Shown: positions 9,343-18,669, counted from the stretch's first letter. The stretch is DNA of 48,593 nt from a virus (IMGVR_UViG_3300033513_000012:1-48593); one strand, 5' to 3'. Notes: generated by a model not told the origin, from the sequence alone. Made by a program: numbers and translations.

Positions 9343-10359
9343 TTACTGGTGAGTGGAGATACCGCCTGCGGCGGAAGCCTGCGGGGCTACCATCGCCGCG
9401 GAGATGATCCCGCGCGAGTTTGAGTCCCAAGCCGCCGCAGATCCCCACGAAGAGACGTGACACTCGGCATCCAGGTCTATCATGCCCTGACTAATGCCGG
9501 CCGGGATCTTGAATACCTCAGTCAACGCGGTGGCCCGGTTCACCGAGTCCGCGATGAAGTGGCAAGCCTCGAACTTCTGGACGCGGTCAATCCCAGTCGC
9601 GTCGGCAATCTCCACGAGTGCGTGGCCCGCGGCGCCTATGTACGCGTGGAAGGTGCTCCTCCGGAACGTGTTCCTGGAGGCGGCCGAGTCGAACAGGAGT
9701 TCGTGCGTGGAGGTGGTGCGGGTGATCGTGTCGAGGCCGATGACGCAATCCTCGAAGAGGTTCTCCGAGGCCCCGTCCAGCTTGAGCGAACCCGCGCCCG
9801 CCACGTCCATTGTTGCGTGGCCGATGCCCGCGACGTGGCACGCCTTGAAGAAGTTGCGATGAGCCGTTGAAGAAAGCTCCACCGCGTGTGCGGCGGTCGC
9901 GTCGTTAACGCCCATGAAGAACAGGAGGTTCTCAAAGATGCAGCCTTGTCCGGTGACCTTGAAGAGGAAGGTCTGGCTGGCCGTACCAGCCGCGAGAAAT
10001 ATCCGGCTTCGCGGCGACCACGGGACGGGAGCGCACGCCCCAACGAGGTGTGCATAGCTCTTCGCCCAAGTGAAGCCGGCGGCCAAACTGATTCCCGAAG
10101 TCCCCGCCATGTATACGAGCGTATCGTTGCGCCCGTCCCTGAGAAGGGCATATCCTGCGGCGAGGGTCTTCTTCGCAGAGTCCGGGGCGGAACCGTCGTT
10201 GCCATCGTCGCCATTGGTCGGATCGAGCCAGTAAATGTCTCCCACCGGCCCGAGACCATCGAGGGCGAGCTTGAGCTTGTCCCCGATCTGGTAGAACTGC
10301 GCCCCAGGGCTCAAATTATTGAGCGACTGGGCCATAACTTTGGTGAGCCTGCTTCCCAT
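9343..10359 (-). CDS. Right-handed beta-helix (pectin-lyase-like) protein, probable head or neck appendage
   Basis: YWLDPTNGDDGNDGSAPDSAKKT N-terminal motif plus repeated N-x-F-xx-C rungs; RBS GGAGAGG. Confidence 0.65.
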   Translation of the reverse strand: MGSRLTKVMAQSLNNLSPGAQFYQIGDKLKLALDGLGPVGDIYWLDPTNGDDGNDGSAPDSAKKTLAAGYALLRDGRNDTLVYMAGTSGISLAAGFTWAKSYAHLVGACAPVPWSPRSRIFLAAGTASQTFLFKVTGQGCIFENLLFFMGVNDATAAHAVELSSTAHRNFFKACHVAGIGHATMDVAGAGSLKLDGASENLFEDCVIGLDTITRTTSTHELLFDSAASRNTFRRSTFHAYIGAAGHALVEIADATGIDRVQKFEACHFIADSVNRATALTEVFKIPAGISQGMIDLDAECHVSSWGSAAAWDSNSRGIISAAMVAPQASAAGGISTHQ

Positions 10360-10405
10360 GATCCTCTCCTTCGCGCCGTTCTTTGGGCGCTAATTTGATA
10401 ATGCG

Positions 10406-11254
10406 TCAGGTTGCGCCTGACATATATTGGTGTAGGAGTGCATGCGCCCTCCTCGCCAGGGAGTTTCTCGCGTTAGTGTAGCGGCCCCTCTTTCCATAAT
10501 CCCGACTGTAGCCGTTGGTCGAAAGGGAACCACCACCAGTCATGTCCGCCACGTGACCGAGCGCAAGTTCGGCGAGTAGGTACTTCATCGCCTGCGCCGC
10601 AGCCGCAGGACACGTAGCCCAGCCCACCTCATAGGTCACGCGTAGATTGCGCTGGCCCTTCCAGAAGATAGGCGTGTATGTCGACTCGTTGAAGTTTGCT
10701 TTAGCCTTGAGAATACCCTCATCGGCTATGATTTGCATGGCGTTTGGTGATAAGTAATACAGGTTTGAGTCGACGTTCGTGTACGACAGGCTGATCACCT
10801 TGTTGATCGGGCGCCGCCTCAAGGCCAGGATGCTCGATCCGGTGCCGTCGTAATATTCCGTCACCTGTACGGTCCCGTCGAACTTAGTCCGACAGACCCG
10901 TTCCAAGTACGGCTTGATCTCATTGTCGCGCTTGTCAGTGATCCATCCGTCAGTCACCGCATCATAATACGTGAACGTCAGAGACTTGGCGCCTGTGGCC
11001 GTAGCCGTATCATCAAGCGTGATTTGACCATTGGTGGGGTCGATCGTGTCAACCGTCAATATTTTGGTGTAAGCGGGTATCCCCGTGCCGGAGACGTAAA
11101 ACCCAGGCTCGAGCTTTGTGGTGTCCATTCCAGTCACCACAGCCGAACCTGTGGCCAGCGTTCCCGTCAGGACTAGGGAGGACTCCACGTCCAACCCGTA
11201 GCCCCGCAGAAGCGCGCGCACGTCCGACGGCGAGGGGAACCCGTTCGCTTCCAT
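10406..11254 (-). CDS. Head-tail adaptor (SPP1 gp15 / HK97 gp6-like) with an inserted Thr/Gly-rich beta domain
   Basis: TEYYDG, LRRRPI and VTYEVGW adaptor motifs; position after the capsid genes. Confidence 0.7.
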   Translation of the reverse strand: MEANGFPSPSDVRALLRGYGLDVESSLVLTGTLATGSAVVTGMDTTKLEPGFYVSGTGIPAYTKILTVDTIDPTNGQITLDDTATATGAKSLTFTYYDAVTDGWITDKRDNEIKPYLERVCRTKFDGTVQVTEYYDGTGSSILALRRRPINKVISLSYTNVDSNLYYLSPNAMQIIADEGILKAKANFNESTYTPIFWKGQRNLRVTYEVGWATCPAAAAQAMKYLLAELALGHVADMTGGGSLSTNGYSRDYGKRGRYTNARNSLARRAHALLHQYMSGAT

Positions 11255-11869
11255 TTATTCCTTCGGTTCGGTGTGGACCAGCGTATAGCCGCTTTTAAGA
11301 AGGTACTCTTTTAGCGCAAGGTCGTCGGTTTCAACTCGCCCGCCCTTCATGGTAACCTTCACAGCCCTGCCGTCCACGGGAATCTCGGCTTCGGCGTCCG
11401 GTCCTGAGTCCTCCTGAGCGTCCGGATGGCGAAGCGTCCAGAAAGCCTTTTCCCCAGCCACCTCTTCGGCGGAACGCAAAACTTCTCCCCGTATCGGTTC
11501 GGGTTCTGGCGTTTCTACGCGTGGAACTTTATTATTTCCTTTGTCCTTGCGCGGGACTTTGTTATCAGATATTTCAACGGCCTTAACCTCAGAAATTTCT
11601 TGAACAAGCCCTTCTCGCGCGAGCGTTTTGCGGAAGTCCATAGCCGAATCGCGGTCCATATCGTCGAAATCGATTTCGACGTATCCGCCTTTCATTACAA
11701 ACTGCATAGGCTCATTATTGTGGTAAAAAGCCACCGAGCCATCGGCACCGCCTGCGTTTTTAACACGCCATTTTTCCACTTCGACCATCCTCCCCGCAGG
11801 TTCCTCCCGCGGTTCTTCGACTTTAGAAGAAAGGGAGGGCTTAACAGCCCTCCCTACTGCTACAGCCAC
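11255..11869 (-). CDS. Hypothetical protein
   Basis: 204 aa ORF coupled to the capsid gene stop. Confidence 0.5.
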   Translation of the reverse strand: MAVAVGRAVKPSLSSKVEEPREEPAGRMVEVEKWRVKNAGGADGSVAFYHNNEPMQFVMKGGYVEIDFDDMDRDSAMDFRKTLAREGLVQEISEVKAVEISDNKVPRKDKGNNKVPRVETPEPEPIRGEVLRSAEEVAGEKAFWTLRHPDAQEDSGPDAEAEIPVDGRAVKVTMKGGRVETDDLALKEYLLKSGYTLVHTEPKE

Positions 11870-13314
11870 TATGCGACCCTAAGGCCGCGGTTCTGCGCCG
11901 AAGTACCTTCGAACGCATCGATTGTGGTTAGATAACTCTTGACCAGGAACGGCAGGTTATCGTCCGTCCGAGCGAGGGGTTCCATCGTAGCCAATCCCTG
12001 GAATCGCGAGCCCTCCGTGTTGGTGTACGCCACGCGTCCCATTCCCTGAATCTCGTCCAGGTCCCACAGGAATACGTTCTCCATAGGGATACCGGCCGTC
12101 ACATACAGCGGAACGTCATTCTGCATAGCAGTAGGAACCGACGCGGTAACGGTCGGCACGATGCCGCCCAAGGCAGCCGCAGCGGCCACGGCAGTGTCAT
12201 CCATCTCTGTGATCGTAGCGTTAGCCGCGAGAGAGGAGATTCGGACGGACACGACGTTATCTTTGATGGTCCCGTCGCCGTCATACAATACCGCCGGCAG
12301 AACGAGGATCAACTTGGTCGCGCCCGTGGACGAGCCGTAATAAACCTTGTAGAGGAATGCGCCCGAGACCGCGGTCCAGGCAAGCTTCATCGTATCGTAC
12401 GTGCCCACCGCGAGGTTGGCTTCGGCCGATGCATTGCTCTCGCCGTCCCAGGTAACCGCTGACACGCGGAAATAGGCCGTGCCAGTGCCGCCCAACCCAG
12501 AGCCAGAACCAGCTCCCGTAACCGTGACCGATCCCATGGTCGTCAGCGGCCGGCAAAGGCGGGACTCTATGATCGGGACGCTGCGGTACGCCTGGAGGCG
12601 CCATCCGCCGTTGATCTCAATCGTATCAAGACCTTGGCCGGACTGATTCTGGATCATCCGCACGTTAGTGAGAAGCCGAGAGACCAAGGAAAGCATCTCC
12701 GGGCTCATGAGGAAAGCCTTGCGGTGCCTCTGGCCCTGACGCCGGGTGTTGGCGTCGATCATGTCGTCCAAGAACTTGAGATTCGACGGTACCACGCCGC
12801 CCTGCACCTGGTTGACGCGATTGGTCGCGACCAAGAAGTCAAGGCCGGGGTACTGCATCGTGTCCGCGCCATCGTTGCCGAACGCGATTAGCGTGTTGAT
12901 GTCGTAGACGTGCGACAGGAGATGGTTTTCCATCTCTTGGGCGACCACATCGATGTAGTCGCGCGACGCGTCCTGCAGGAAGTTGGTCACCGCGCCCTTG
13001 CGGCGAACGACCTTGAGGTTGCGCCCCGTACGGACGTATGTGGACTGGCGAACCGGGGTCACCGCGCCGTCTCCCATCATGCCGCCGGCGGCCGGAAGGG
13101 CCGTGACGCGGTTGAACTCGGCGTACTTGCCCGCCACCTTCTTGGGCGTGATCATCGCGATCTCGGGCGCGAGCGCCACGAGGGTGTTGGTGATCAGCCG
13201 TTCGAGGATCTGCGGCGTGAGCGGTCCGCCCGAGGCGGTCGCTGCGGTCAGCGCCTTGGTGATCAGGCTTTTAGCGGCCTGAGGGTTCTGGTTATACCTA
13301 CGGAGTAGGTCCAT
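11869..13314 (-). CDS. Major capsid protein (HK97 fold) with an inserted Fn3/Ig-like domain
   Basis: 481 aa after protease and scaffold; AAGGAG RBS; insertion YFRVSAVTWDGES...LAWTAVSGAFLYKVYYG. Confidence 0.85.
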   Translation of the reverse strand: MDLLRRYNQNPQAAKSLITKALTAATASGGPLTPQILERLITNTLVALAPEIAMITPKKVAGKYAEFNRVTALPAAGGMMGDGAVTPVRQSTYVRTGRNLKVVRRKGAVTNFLQDASRDYIDVVAQEMENHLLSHVYDINTLIAFGNDGADTMQYPGLDFLVATNRVNQVQGGVVPSNLKFLDDMIDANTRRQGQRHRKAFLMSPEMLSLVSRLLTNVRMIQNQSGQGLDTIEINGGWRLQAYRSVPIIESRLCRPLTTMGSVTVTGAGSGSGLGGTGTAYFRVSAVTWDGESNASAEANLAVGTYDTMKLAWTAVSGAFLYKVYYGSSTGATKLILVLPAVLYDGDGTIKDNVVSVRISSLAANATITEMDDTAVAAAAALGGIVPTVTASVPTAMQNDVPLYVTAGIPMENVFLWDLDEIQGMGRVAYTNTEGSRFQGLATMEPLARTDDNLPFLVKSYLTTIDAFEGTSAQNRGLRVA

Positions 13315-13326
13315 GGCTCTTCTCCT

Positions 13327-14094
13327 TTACGCTTCGGGCCAGAATCCGCGCAGAGCGCGGGCGGCCTCGGAAAGGTTCTTGCGGGCGGCGTCCACGGGGG
13401 CGACGGGAATGTCTTTCCTGACCCCATTCTGGCCGGCGGCCTCGAACAGGGAGTTGAGAAATTCCTTCATCACCACCGAATTGTCGGTCGACTGCACGGG
13501 GACCGACTTCTGAACCTGATGTTCCTCTAGGACGCTCGCGACGCCCATCCCTTCGAGCATATCCTTGATCACCCGGTCCTGCTGGGACAGGCGCTCGGTT
13601 ACCTGCCCGAGGGTCTTGGTGACGGCGAGCAGGACGAGGTCCCGACTTTCCGCCTTTGCCGGTCTGGCCGATTTGGCGACGGGCATCTTCCGGGACTTGG
13701 TTAGCATCCGCATAATCGCCTTGGCGACATCGTCGACGTTCTCCTCGTCCCACTCGGGGATGTCCTCCACACGTTCCTCGGCCGAATCGCTGGCCGTGGA
13801 CGCGTCGGGGTCGCCCTCGATGATTGCCTTCATGACGCCGTCTTTTTCTTCCTCATCCTCGTCGTGCGGCTCGTTGGGGTTATTCGGAGCCTCCGCCGGC
13901 GTAAATTCCGCCTTCATGGCGGCCTCTTTCATAGGCTCCGCCTCGGGGGCGTATTCGGCGCCCTCTTCCGCGAGGAGCTGCTGAAGGAGGCTTTGGATGT
14001 TCATGATGGTGGACTTCATCTCGGAAGTTACGGCTTCCTTGGTGACGTCGGGCGGGGTGTTTTTCTGTACGCTAGCCTTCTTGGGCTGCTGCAT
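13327..14094 (-). CDS. Head scaffolding protein
   Basis: Acidic coiled-coil ORF between protease and capsid; GGAGG RBS before ATG 14094. Confidence 0.65.
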   Translation of the reverse strand: MQQPKKASVQKNTPPDVTKEAVTSEMKSTIMNIQSLLQQLLAEEGAEYAPEAEPMKEAAMKAEFTPAEAPNNPNEPHDEDEEEKDGVMKAIIEGDPDASTASDSAEERVEDIPEWDEENVDDVAKAIMRMLTKSRKMPVAKSARPAKAESRDLVLLAVTKTLGQVTERLSQQDRVIKDMLEGMGVASVLEEHQVQKSVPVQSTDNSVVMKEFLNSLFEAAGQNGVRKDIPVAPVDAARKNLSEAARALRGFWPEA

Positions 14095-15025
14095 GATCTG
14101 TTCCTCCGGCACGTAGCATTTGGACAAGCTCAGCGAGCTTGTTTTGCTCCGTGGCGAGGCGGACGAGCAGATCCTGCCGTCTGTCGGGCCGTGAAGACTC
14201 ATAGATTTGAGACGGGCCGCCGTCGGCGGGGACCGCCTCAGACGCAAAGGCGTCTGGATGCTTCGATATCAATTCTATCATAACATCCGCGTATTCGTCA
14301 AATATTCCGCGCAATCGATCCCTTTTATCGGGTTCGCCCGAAACCATGACGGCGGAGATTTCCCGGTCGACCGCGTCTTGAACCTGGCAATAGGCATCGT
14401 AAAAGTCCCCCTCGAGGTCTTTTTCTCCGAGGAGGGTTCTCCGAACTTCTTGCGGAGTCGGGATGCCTAGCGCTTTCATGACCGCATGGGCCACGGATGT
14501 CCTATAGGCCGGTTTCTTGACGAGAACCGTCCCGGAAAGCTCTACGTCGGCCATCTGCCTTCGGCCCGACGCGTCCATGCTGACGACTTTGCCTTCCGGT
14601 ATCTCGCCTTCGATCGAGAAACCGTACTTCTCGGGAGTTCCGTAGGGGGCGATCCCGTTTACCTGCCGCCAGACCTTGTCGACGGCCTCCATGGTATTCG
14701 AACCGAACCCGTCGTCCTCATCGTAGAGCCTATACCCGGTAACCCAGTCCCCCTCGGGGGTGACCTGCGAATCGACCAGTATTCCGATGTCATCGACGAA
14801 ATTCACGTCGTGCTTCCCGGCGTAGAGTTTGACGTTTCCGGACTGCGCCTGCTTGTGGAAGCTTTTAACGCACTCCTCGGTCATCCGTTCCCCGTGGCCA
14901 TCCACCTGAGTTCCCGAGGAGACGCCGTAGAGGTATCGGCGCCTTTTCCCGCCCTCGTCCTTCTCCACCGCGAAAGGCGACTTGCCATCCGCGGGCGCAA
15001 AGTCAAACCTTATCTTGCTGTTCAT
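14072..15025 (-). CDS. Prohead maturation protease
   Basis: G.SS...D..GE, catalytic-type H, GFSIEG and LVKKPAY motifs; GGGAGG RBS. Confidence 0.85.
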   Translation of the reverse strand: MNSKIRFDFAPADGKSPFAVEKDEGGKRRRYLYGVSSGTQVDGHGERMTEECVKSFHKQAQSGNVKLYAGKHDVNFVDDIGILVDSQVTPEGDWVTGYRLYDEDDGFGSNTMEAVDKVWRQVNGIAPYGTPEKYGFSIEGEIPEGKVVSMDASGRRQMADVELSGTVLVKKPAYRTSVAHAVMKALGIPTPQEVRRTLLGEKDLEGDFYDAYCQVQDAVDREISAVMVSGEPDKRDRLRGIFDEYADVMIELISKHPDAFASEAVPADGGPSQIYESSRPDRRQDLLVRLATEQNKLAELVQMLRAGGTDHAAAQEG

Positions 15026-15248
15026 GTTCCCCTCCCAGTTCACGATGTACATATTTGTCACAGGACGACGGCTCGGCCGTCTTCATCAAGTTCAGCGCGC
15101 AGGTCATATATCTGTTAACTCGCCAGGCGCAGTCCTGGCAGACGGGCTTTCCGTCATTTCTCGCGAAATACGTCATAACGTGCTCGTCCAACCTCTTCTG
15201 ATAAGCCTTTGAAAAGTCGGAAGCATATTGAACTAGAGGATCGATCAT
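15003..15248 (-). CDS. Small Cys-containing hypothetical protein
   Basis: ATGA-coupled, 81 aa, CQDC plus two more Cys. Confidence 0.5.
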   Translation of the reverse strand: MIDPLVQYASDFSKAYQKRLDEHVMTYFARNDGKPVCQDCAWRVNRYMTCALNLMKTAEPSSCDKYVHRELGGEHEQQDKV

Positions 15249-15499
15249 CCTTCGATAACCTTCCAATCCTCGGCCAGGATGTCTGTCTGGCTGGCCAGCC
15301 ACGGGCACTTGGCGCCCGGATAAATTGGATGGTCCGGAGAATACTCGATATAAAGATAAGGCAAGGTCATTTTGCTGTGCTCGTCGGGACGTTGCATCTT
15401 GACGACCATGCCCTTTCCGTTCCATCCCCTGCGCTGGATCGCGGCTCCAACCTTCGCGCACAAGAGTGCCTCCGAAAAGTCAACTAAAGGTTCCATCAC
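15245..15499 (-). CDS. tad2: DUF2829 / Tad2-family anti-defence sponge protein
   Basis: F.EAL...K.G....R.GWNGKGM and PWLASQTDILAEDW signature; 84 aa. Confidence 0.85.
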   Translation of the reverse strand: MMEPLVDFSEALLCAKVGAAIQRRGWNGKGMVVKMQRPDEHSKMTLPYLYIEYSPDHPIYPGAKCPWLASQTDILAEDWKVIEG

Positions 15500-16356
15500 T
15501 TCCTCCTTAGGTCCTTAACCCGCATCGTGTAGTCCGCCTCGCAATGACAGCTCGCGACCTCTTCGATGGGGGCCTGCGGATCATGCGGATGGCGAAGTTC
15601 GACGAATTTCCCCGTTTTTCTCCACCTCGAGCGCCCGGCGCCAGGGCCGGACTTTACCGTCCCGATCCTTTCGTAGGTCGGGACCCGGAAGTACCCGTCA
15701 AGCGGGACGGACTTCCCGTTGAGCGCATGGTGCCCAGGCCGAGGGTCTTTGGATAGCTCGGGGTGATGGACCCAAGTCTTCATCACCTCGAAGCCCTCCC
15801 GGTTCTGCTCGGCGAGGCGGGCAACGTATCCGTGTTTAATCTCGTTCACGGAAGCCCGTATTTCAGTGTCGGCTATCGTTCGGCAGTTCGGCGGTATGCC
15901 TATAGAAGGATCGCGCTTGGCGTAAGAGGCGAATACGGCCCGGACTTTGTCTTCGAACTGCCGGGAAAGCTCCGGGTTCATCCGGCCCCGTTTTTCCCCT
16001 CGGGCGCCCTGCATAAGAGGTTTACCCTCCGCCATCCAATCCAGAACCGCCGTCCTAAGTTCTCGGGTCAGAGAAGATCGCAACCTGTCCGAAAGGAGCT
16101 TTCCGCGGTCGGCGGCCTTTCTGATATGCACGGATCTGGCCGGGAGAACTTCCGAAAGATCGGGCACGCGCAGTTTCGTCCCGGTTCTCCGTTCGGCCAA
16201 GCGGGCTTGCTTATCGAGCTTTGCCTTCTGAACTTCGCCGATTCGATTCGACACCTGCTGAGATTGCGCGGCGATCACCTCCGTCATAAGCGATCGGTAC
16301 GCGCCGCCAGTCCAACCATACCGCTGCATCAAGCGGTCGAGATGTACCTTAGCCAT
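15496..16356 (-). CDS. Minor head protein (MuF-like)
   Basis: RTIADTE, KTW, PRPGHHALNG and HPHDP...CHC motifs; AAGGAG RBS before 16356. Confidence 0.8.
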   Translation of the reverse strand: MAKVHLDRLMQRYGWTGGAYRSLMTEVIAAQSQQVSNRIGEVQKAKLDKQARLAERRTGTKLRVPDLSEVLPARSVHIRKAADRGKLLSDRLRSSLTRELRTAVLDWMAEGKPLMQGARGEKRGRMNPELSRQFEDKVRAVFASYAKRDPSIGIPPNCRTIADTEIRASVNEIKHGYVARLAEQNREGFEVMKTWVHHPELSKDPRPGHHALNGKSVPLDGYFRVPTYERIGTVKSGPGAGRSRWRKTGKFVELRHPHDPQAPIEEVASCHCEADYTMRVKDLRRK

Positions 16357-16636
16357 GATCGGACTCCTTGTAGCCGGGGAACTCCCGGTCCAATTCGTCG
16401 TATATGCTTTCCTCGTTTGACGGTTCGTACCCGCCAATTCCGTTCGGAATCTTAAAGACCTCAGTCCCATTGGTCTTGTAAAAATGGACAAACGGAGTTG
16501 TTGGAGATACGACGGCAAAAAATGCCACGTCCGGACTAAAAGATATGCCTGACGAATTCCTATTTTCGTTCATCGGTTTCCCATTCAACAGCCTTTTTAA
16601 CCACCGCAAGATGGCTAAGAATATATGTTTGCTCAT
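16349..16636 (-). CDS. Hypothetical protein
   Basis: 95 aa, overlap-coupled on both sides. Confidence 0.45.
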   Translation of the reverse strand: MSKHIFLAILRWLKRLLNGKPMNENRNSSGISFSPDVAFFAVVSPTTPFVHFYKTNGTEVFKIPNGIGGYEPSNEESIYDELDREFPGYKESDHG

Positions 16637-17250
16637 GCGCCCACCATTGTTTCTGGAGCCTGGCTAGGTTCATAATAAAAAGGGGCGAAAACATTCATGG
16701 AGGGTTCGGGCTCCTCGAATTGGTATCCTTCGAACAATTCCAAGGCTCGCTTCCGGATTGCCCATTCCCTGTTGATCGCAGCCAGTTCATGGACCAGCGC
16801 CGTTCTTATCTGGGCTAGCAAGACGCCTATCAGATCTTCTTGGGGCCGCTTGATGATCCGGGTTTCGGCCGCTTCCACCTCGTCCGACTTCTCCTTGCAC
16901 GCTCTAAGCTTGGCGTCTTTTTCGGATTCCCACCCGGCCCGAGCGCTTTTGATCCAATCCCGCACGTTTACCTTTCGCTCTATCAAGCACGACGAGCAAG
17001 CCGCCGCAAACAATTCCCGAGCGGCGGATTCGAGGTCGTCCGGCATGGAGTCGTCCCCCGTAGCATCGTATCGAGCACGGCGCTCGGGGTCGGACAGTAC
17101 TTCATAAGCGACGGAAAGCCGCGCCATGCTCGCTCCGTCTCCGCCCGCATCGGGATGCCGTTCTTTAGCTTGATCGCGATACGCCCTTTTGATCTCCTCC
17201 GGGGTAGCGCCACGCGGCACGCCGAGCTCCGCGTAAAGGTCCGATTTCAT
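16633..17250 (-). CDS. J-domain (DnaJ-like) protein
   Basis: LYAELGV..ATPEEIKRAYR..HPD..AYEVLSDPERRARYD. Confidence 0.92.
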   Translation of the reverse strand: MKSDLYAELGVPRGATPEEIKRAYRDQAKERHPDAGGDGASMARLSVAYEVLSDPERRARYDATGDDSMPDDLESAARELFAAACSSCLIERKVNVRDWIKSARAGWESEKDAKLRACKEKSDEVEAAETRIIKRPQEDLIGVLLAQIRTALVHELAAINREWAIRKRALELFEGYQFEEPEPSMNVFAPFYYEPSQAPETMVGA

Positions 17251-17257
17251 GCCTACC

Positions 17258-17419
17258 TCATCCCCTGTTGAGATCGAAAATCTTATCTATCGGCGGCGGG
17301 TCCTTTCTGGTGTATCTGGGATTTTGCTTGACCCACCGTACGCCGAGATTAAACCACGCTCTTATCCGCGCCAAGATCGAAAAATGCCGCCTCTTGTACG
17401 TCTTGTAAGCGCTCCTCAT
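17258..17419 (-). CDS. Small basic hypothetical protein
   Basis: ATGA-coupled, GGAGG RBS. Confidence 0.45.
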   Translation of the reverse strand: MRSAYKTYKRRHFSILARIRAWFNLGVRWVKQNPRYTRKDPPPIDKIFDLNRG

Positions 17420-17607
17420 TTCGTTCCCTCCAATTCCGCGGCTTCCCGCTCGAGGCTCATGGCGTGCCGCATCCAGATGTCCATCATCCCGTCTTGAGTT
17501 ATCGCGGCGGCGGCCCGGCACCTGCGGGCCTTGTTCTTCAGCCAATCGGCCTTCTTTCGGGCCATGTCTTCGAAGAACACGTCGAGAAGCCTGGATATTC
17601 CCTTCAT
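17416..17607 (-). CDS. Hypothetical protein
   Basis: ATGA-coupled small ORF. Confidence 0.45.
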   Translation of the reverse strand: MKGISRLLDVFFEDMARKKADWLKNKARRCRAAAAITQDGMMDIWMRHAMSLEREAAELEGTK

Positions 17608-17819
17608 GATCCGCCTCTTACGGCCACCGCGAAGGGTTCGTCCAAGGGCTTCACCTTGCACTTGCCCCAATGGACGGGGTCCATCCCGAAAATGTTTCTT
17701 ACGCTCTCCATGGCTTCCTCTTGTGAAGAGGCTATAGCCACGGCCAATCCCGACGAGTAATCCGAGGCGAAGTCATCCCACACATAGAGCTTTACGGCGC
17801 CCTCCTCACGAAGTGGCAT
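17604..17819 (-). CDS. Hypothetical phage protein
   Basis: 71 aa; KLYVW...GLAVAIA; start uncertain. Confidence 0.5.
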   Translation of the reverse strand: MPLREEGAVKLYVWDDFASDYSSGLAVAIASSQEEAMESVRNIFGMDPVHWGKCKVKPLDEPFAVAVRGGS

Positions 17820-18397
17820 AGCTTCTCAGGCTTGCCCTCCGCGCGCATGATGGCGAGCCAGTCCTTCATCGGCATGAAAACGTCGTTGCCCTTCTGGCTG
17901 GCGTAGCCCGTCTTGTAGTCGCCCCACGGGTCGTCAATGATGAAGCCGTTGATCAGGGGATCGTCCACGTCTACATAGTCCACCCCGACCACGGCGACCA
18001 CGTGGCCGGAGGTCTTCGGGAACGATCCCGATTGGACGCACGTCCCGCCGTCGATCAGGTGGTTGAGAATCTCTGCGGCCACGGCGTCAGTCTTGAACTG
18101 GACTGCGCGCGCGTCCACCCACAGGTTCGCGCCGAGCGCCAGGACGGCGTGCCATTGGTTCGGCGGGAACTGCCCGGATGGGTCTAGCCTCTTCCACAGC
18201 GCGGCGCACTCGGCGTTGCAGCGGATGAACGTCAGGAGCGCGTCCTCCCATTGCTCGTCGCCGAACGGCCCGGGAAGCTTCCAGCCCGCGGCGCACAGCG
18301 CATCCACCATGGCGGTGACGTTGCAGGCAGCCCAAGGGGTAATCTTGTTGTTCCTCTGGCTGAAGTACGGCGACTTGAGCGAGTTGTTTATGATCAC
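17792..18397 (-). CDS. C39-like cysteine peptidase, candidate endolysin
   Basis: YFSQRNN, CNVT (catalytic Cys), GHVVAVVG (His), DDPWG; GGGAGGAG RBS. Confidence 0.75.
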   Translation of the reverse strand: MIINNSLKSPYFSQRNNKITPWAACNVTAMVDALCAAGWKLPGPFGDEQWEDALLTFIRCNAECAALWKRLDPSGQFPPNQWHAVLALGANLWVDARAVQFKTDAVAAEILNHLIDGGTCVQSGSFPKTSGHVVAVVGVDYVDVDDPLINGFIIDDPWGDYKTGYASQKGNDVFMPMKDWLAIMRAEGKPEKLCHFVRRAP

Positions 18398-18422
18398 GGC
18401 TCCTCCCTTTTGTTGGGGTTAA

Positions 18423-18547
18423 TGGAAGCGGCGGGAGTCGAACCCGCGTATTACTGACGTCCTCTTCACGGGCATAACCAGCTTGTACTTCGCCGTAGTT
18501 GCCCGCCTCCCTCGTTGCCAGCGCGCCACCCGTTTCGCTACGCTCCC
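18423..18547 (-). ncRNA. tRNA-Ala-like RNA with an enlarged, anticodon-less arm
   Basis: Acceptor GGGAGCG/CGCTTCC-A with G3:U70; U8A9, D-arm, CTGGC/GTCAG stem; T-arm GCGGG-TTCGACT-CCCGC. Confidence 0.7.
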
Positions 18548-18669
18548 ATGTTGCCCGAGCGTCGGTCGGACTCGCCCCAACGATGAGGCCGAGTTTACGG
18601 CCTTCTGTGCGCGGGCACCGTGAAGGCCCTTCCTAAAGGCTATGGCCGTGGGGGTCTTCCGGATCTTGA

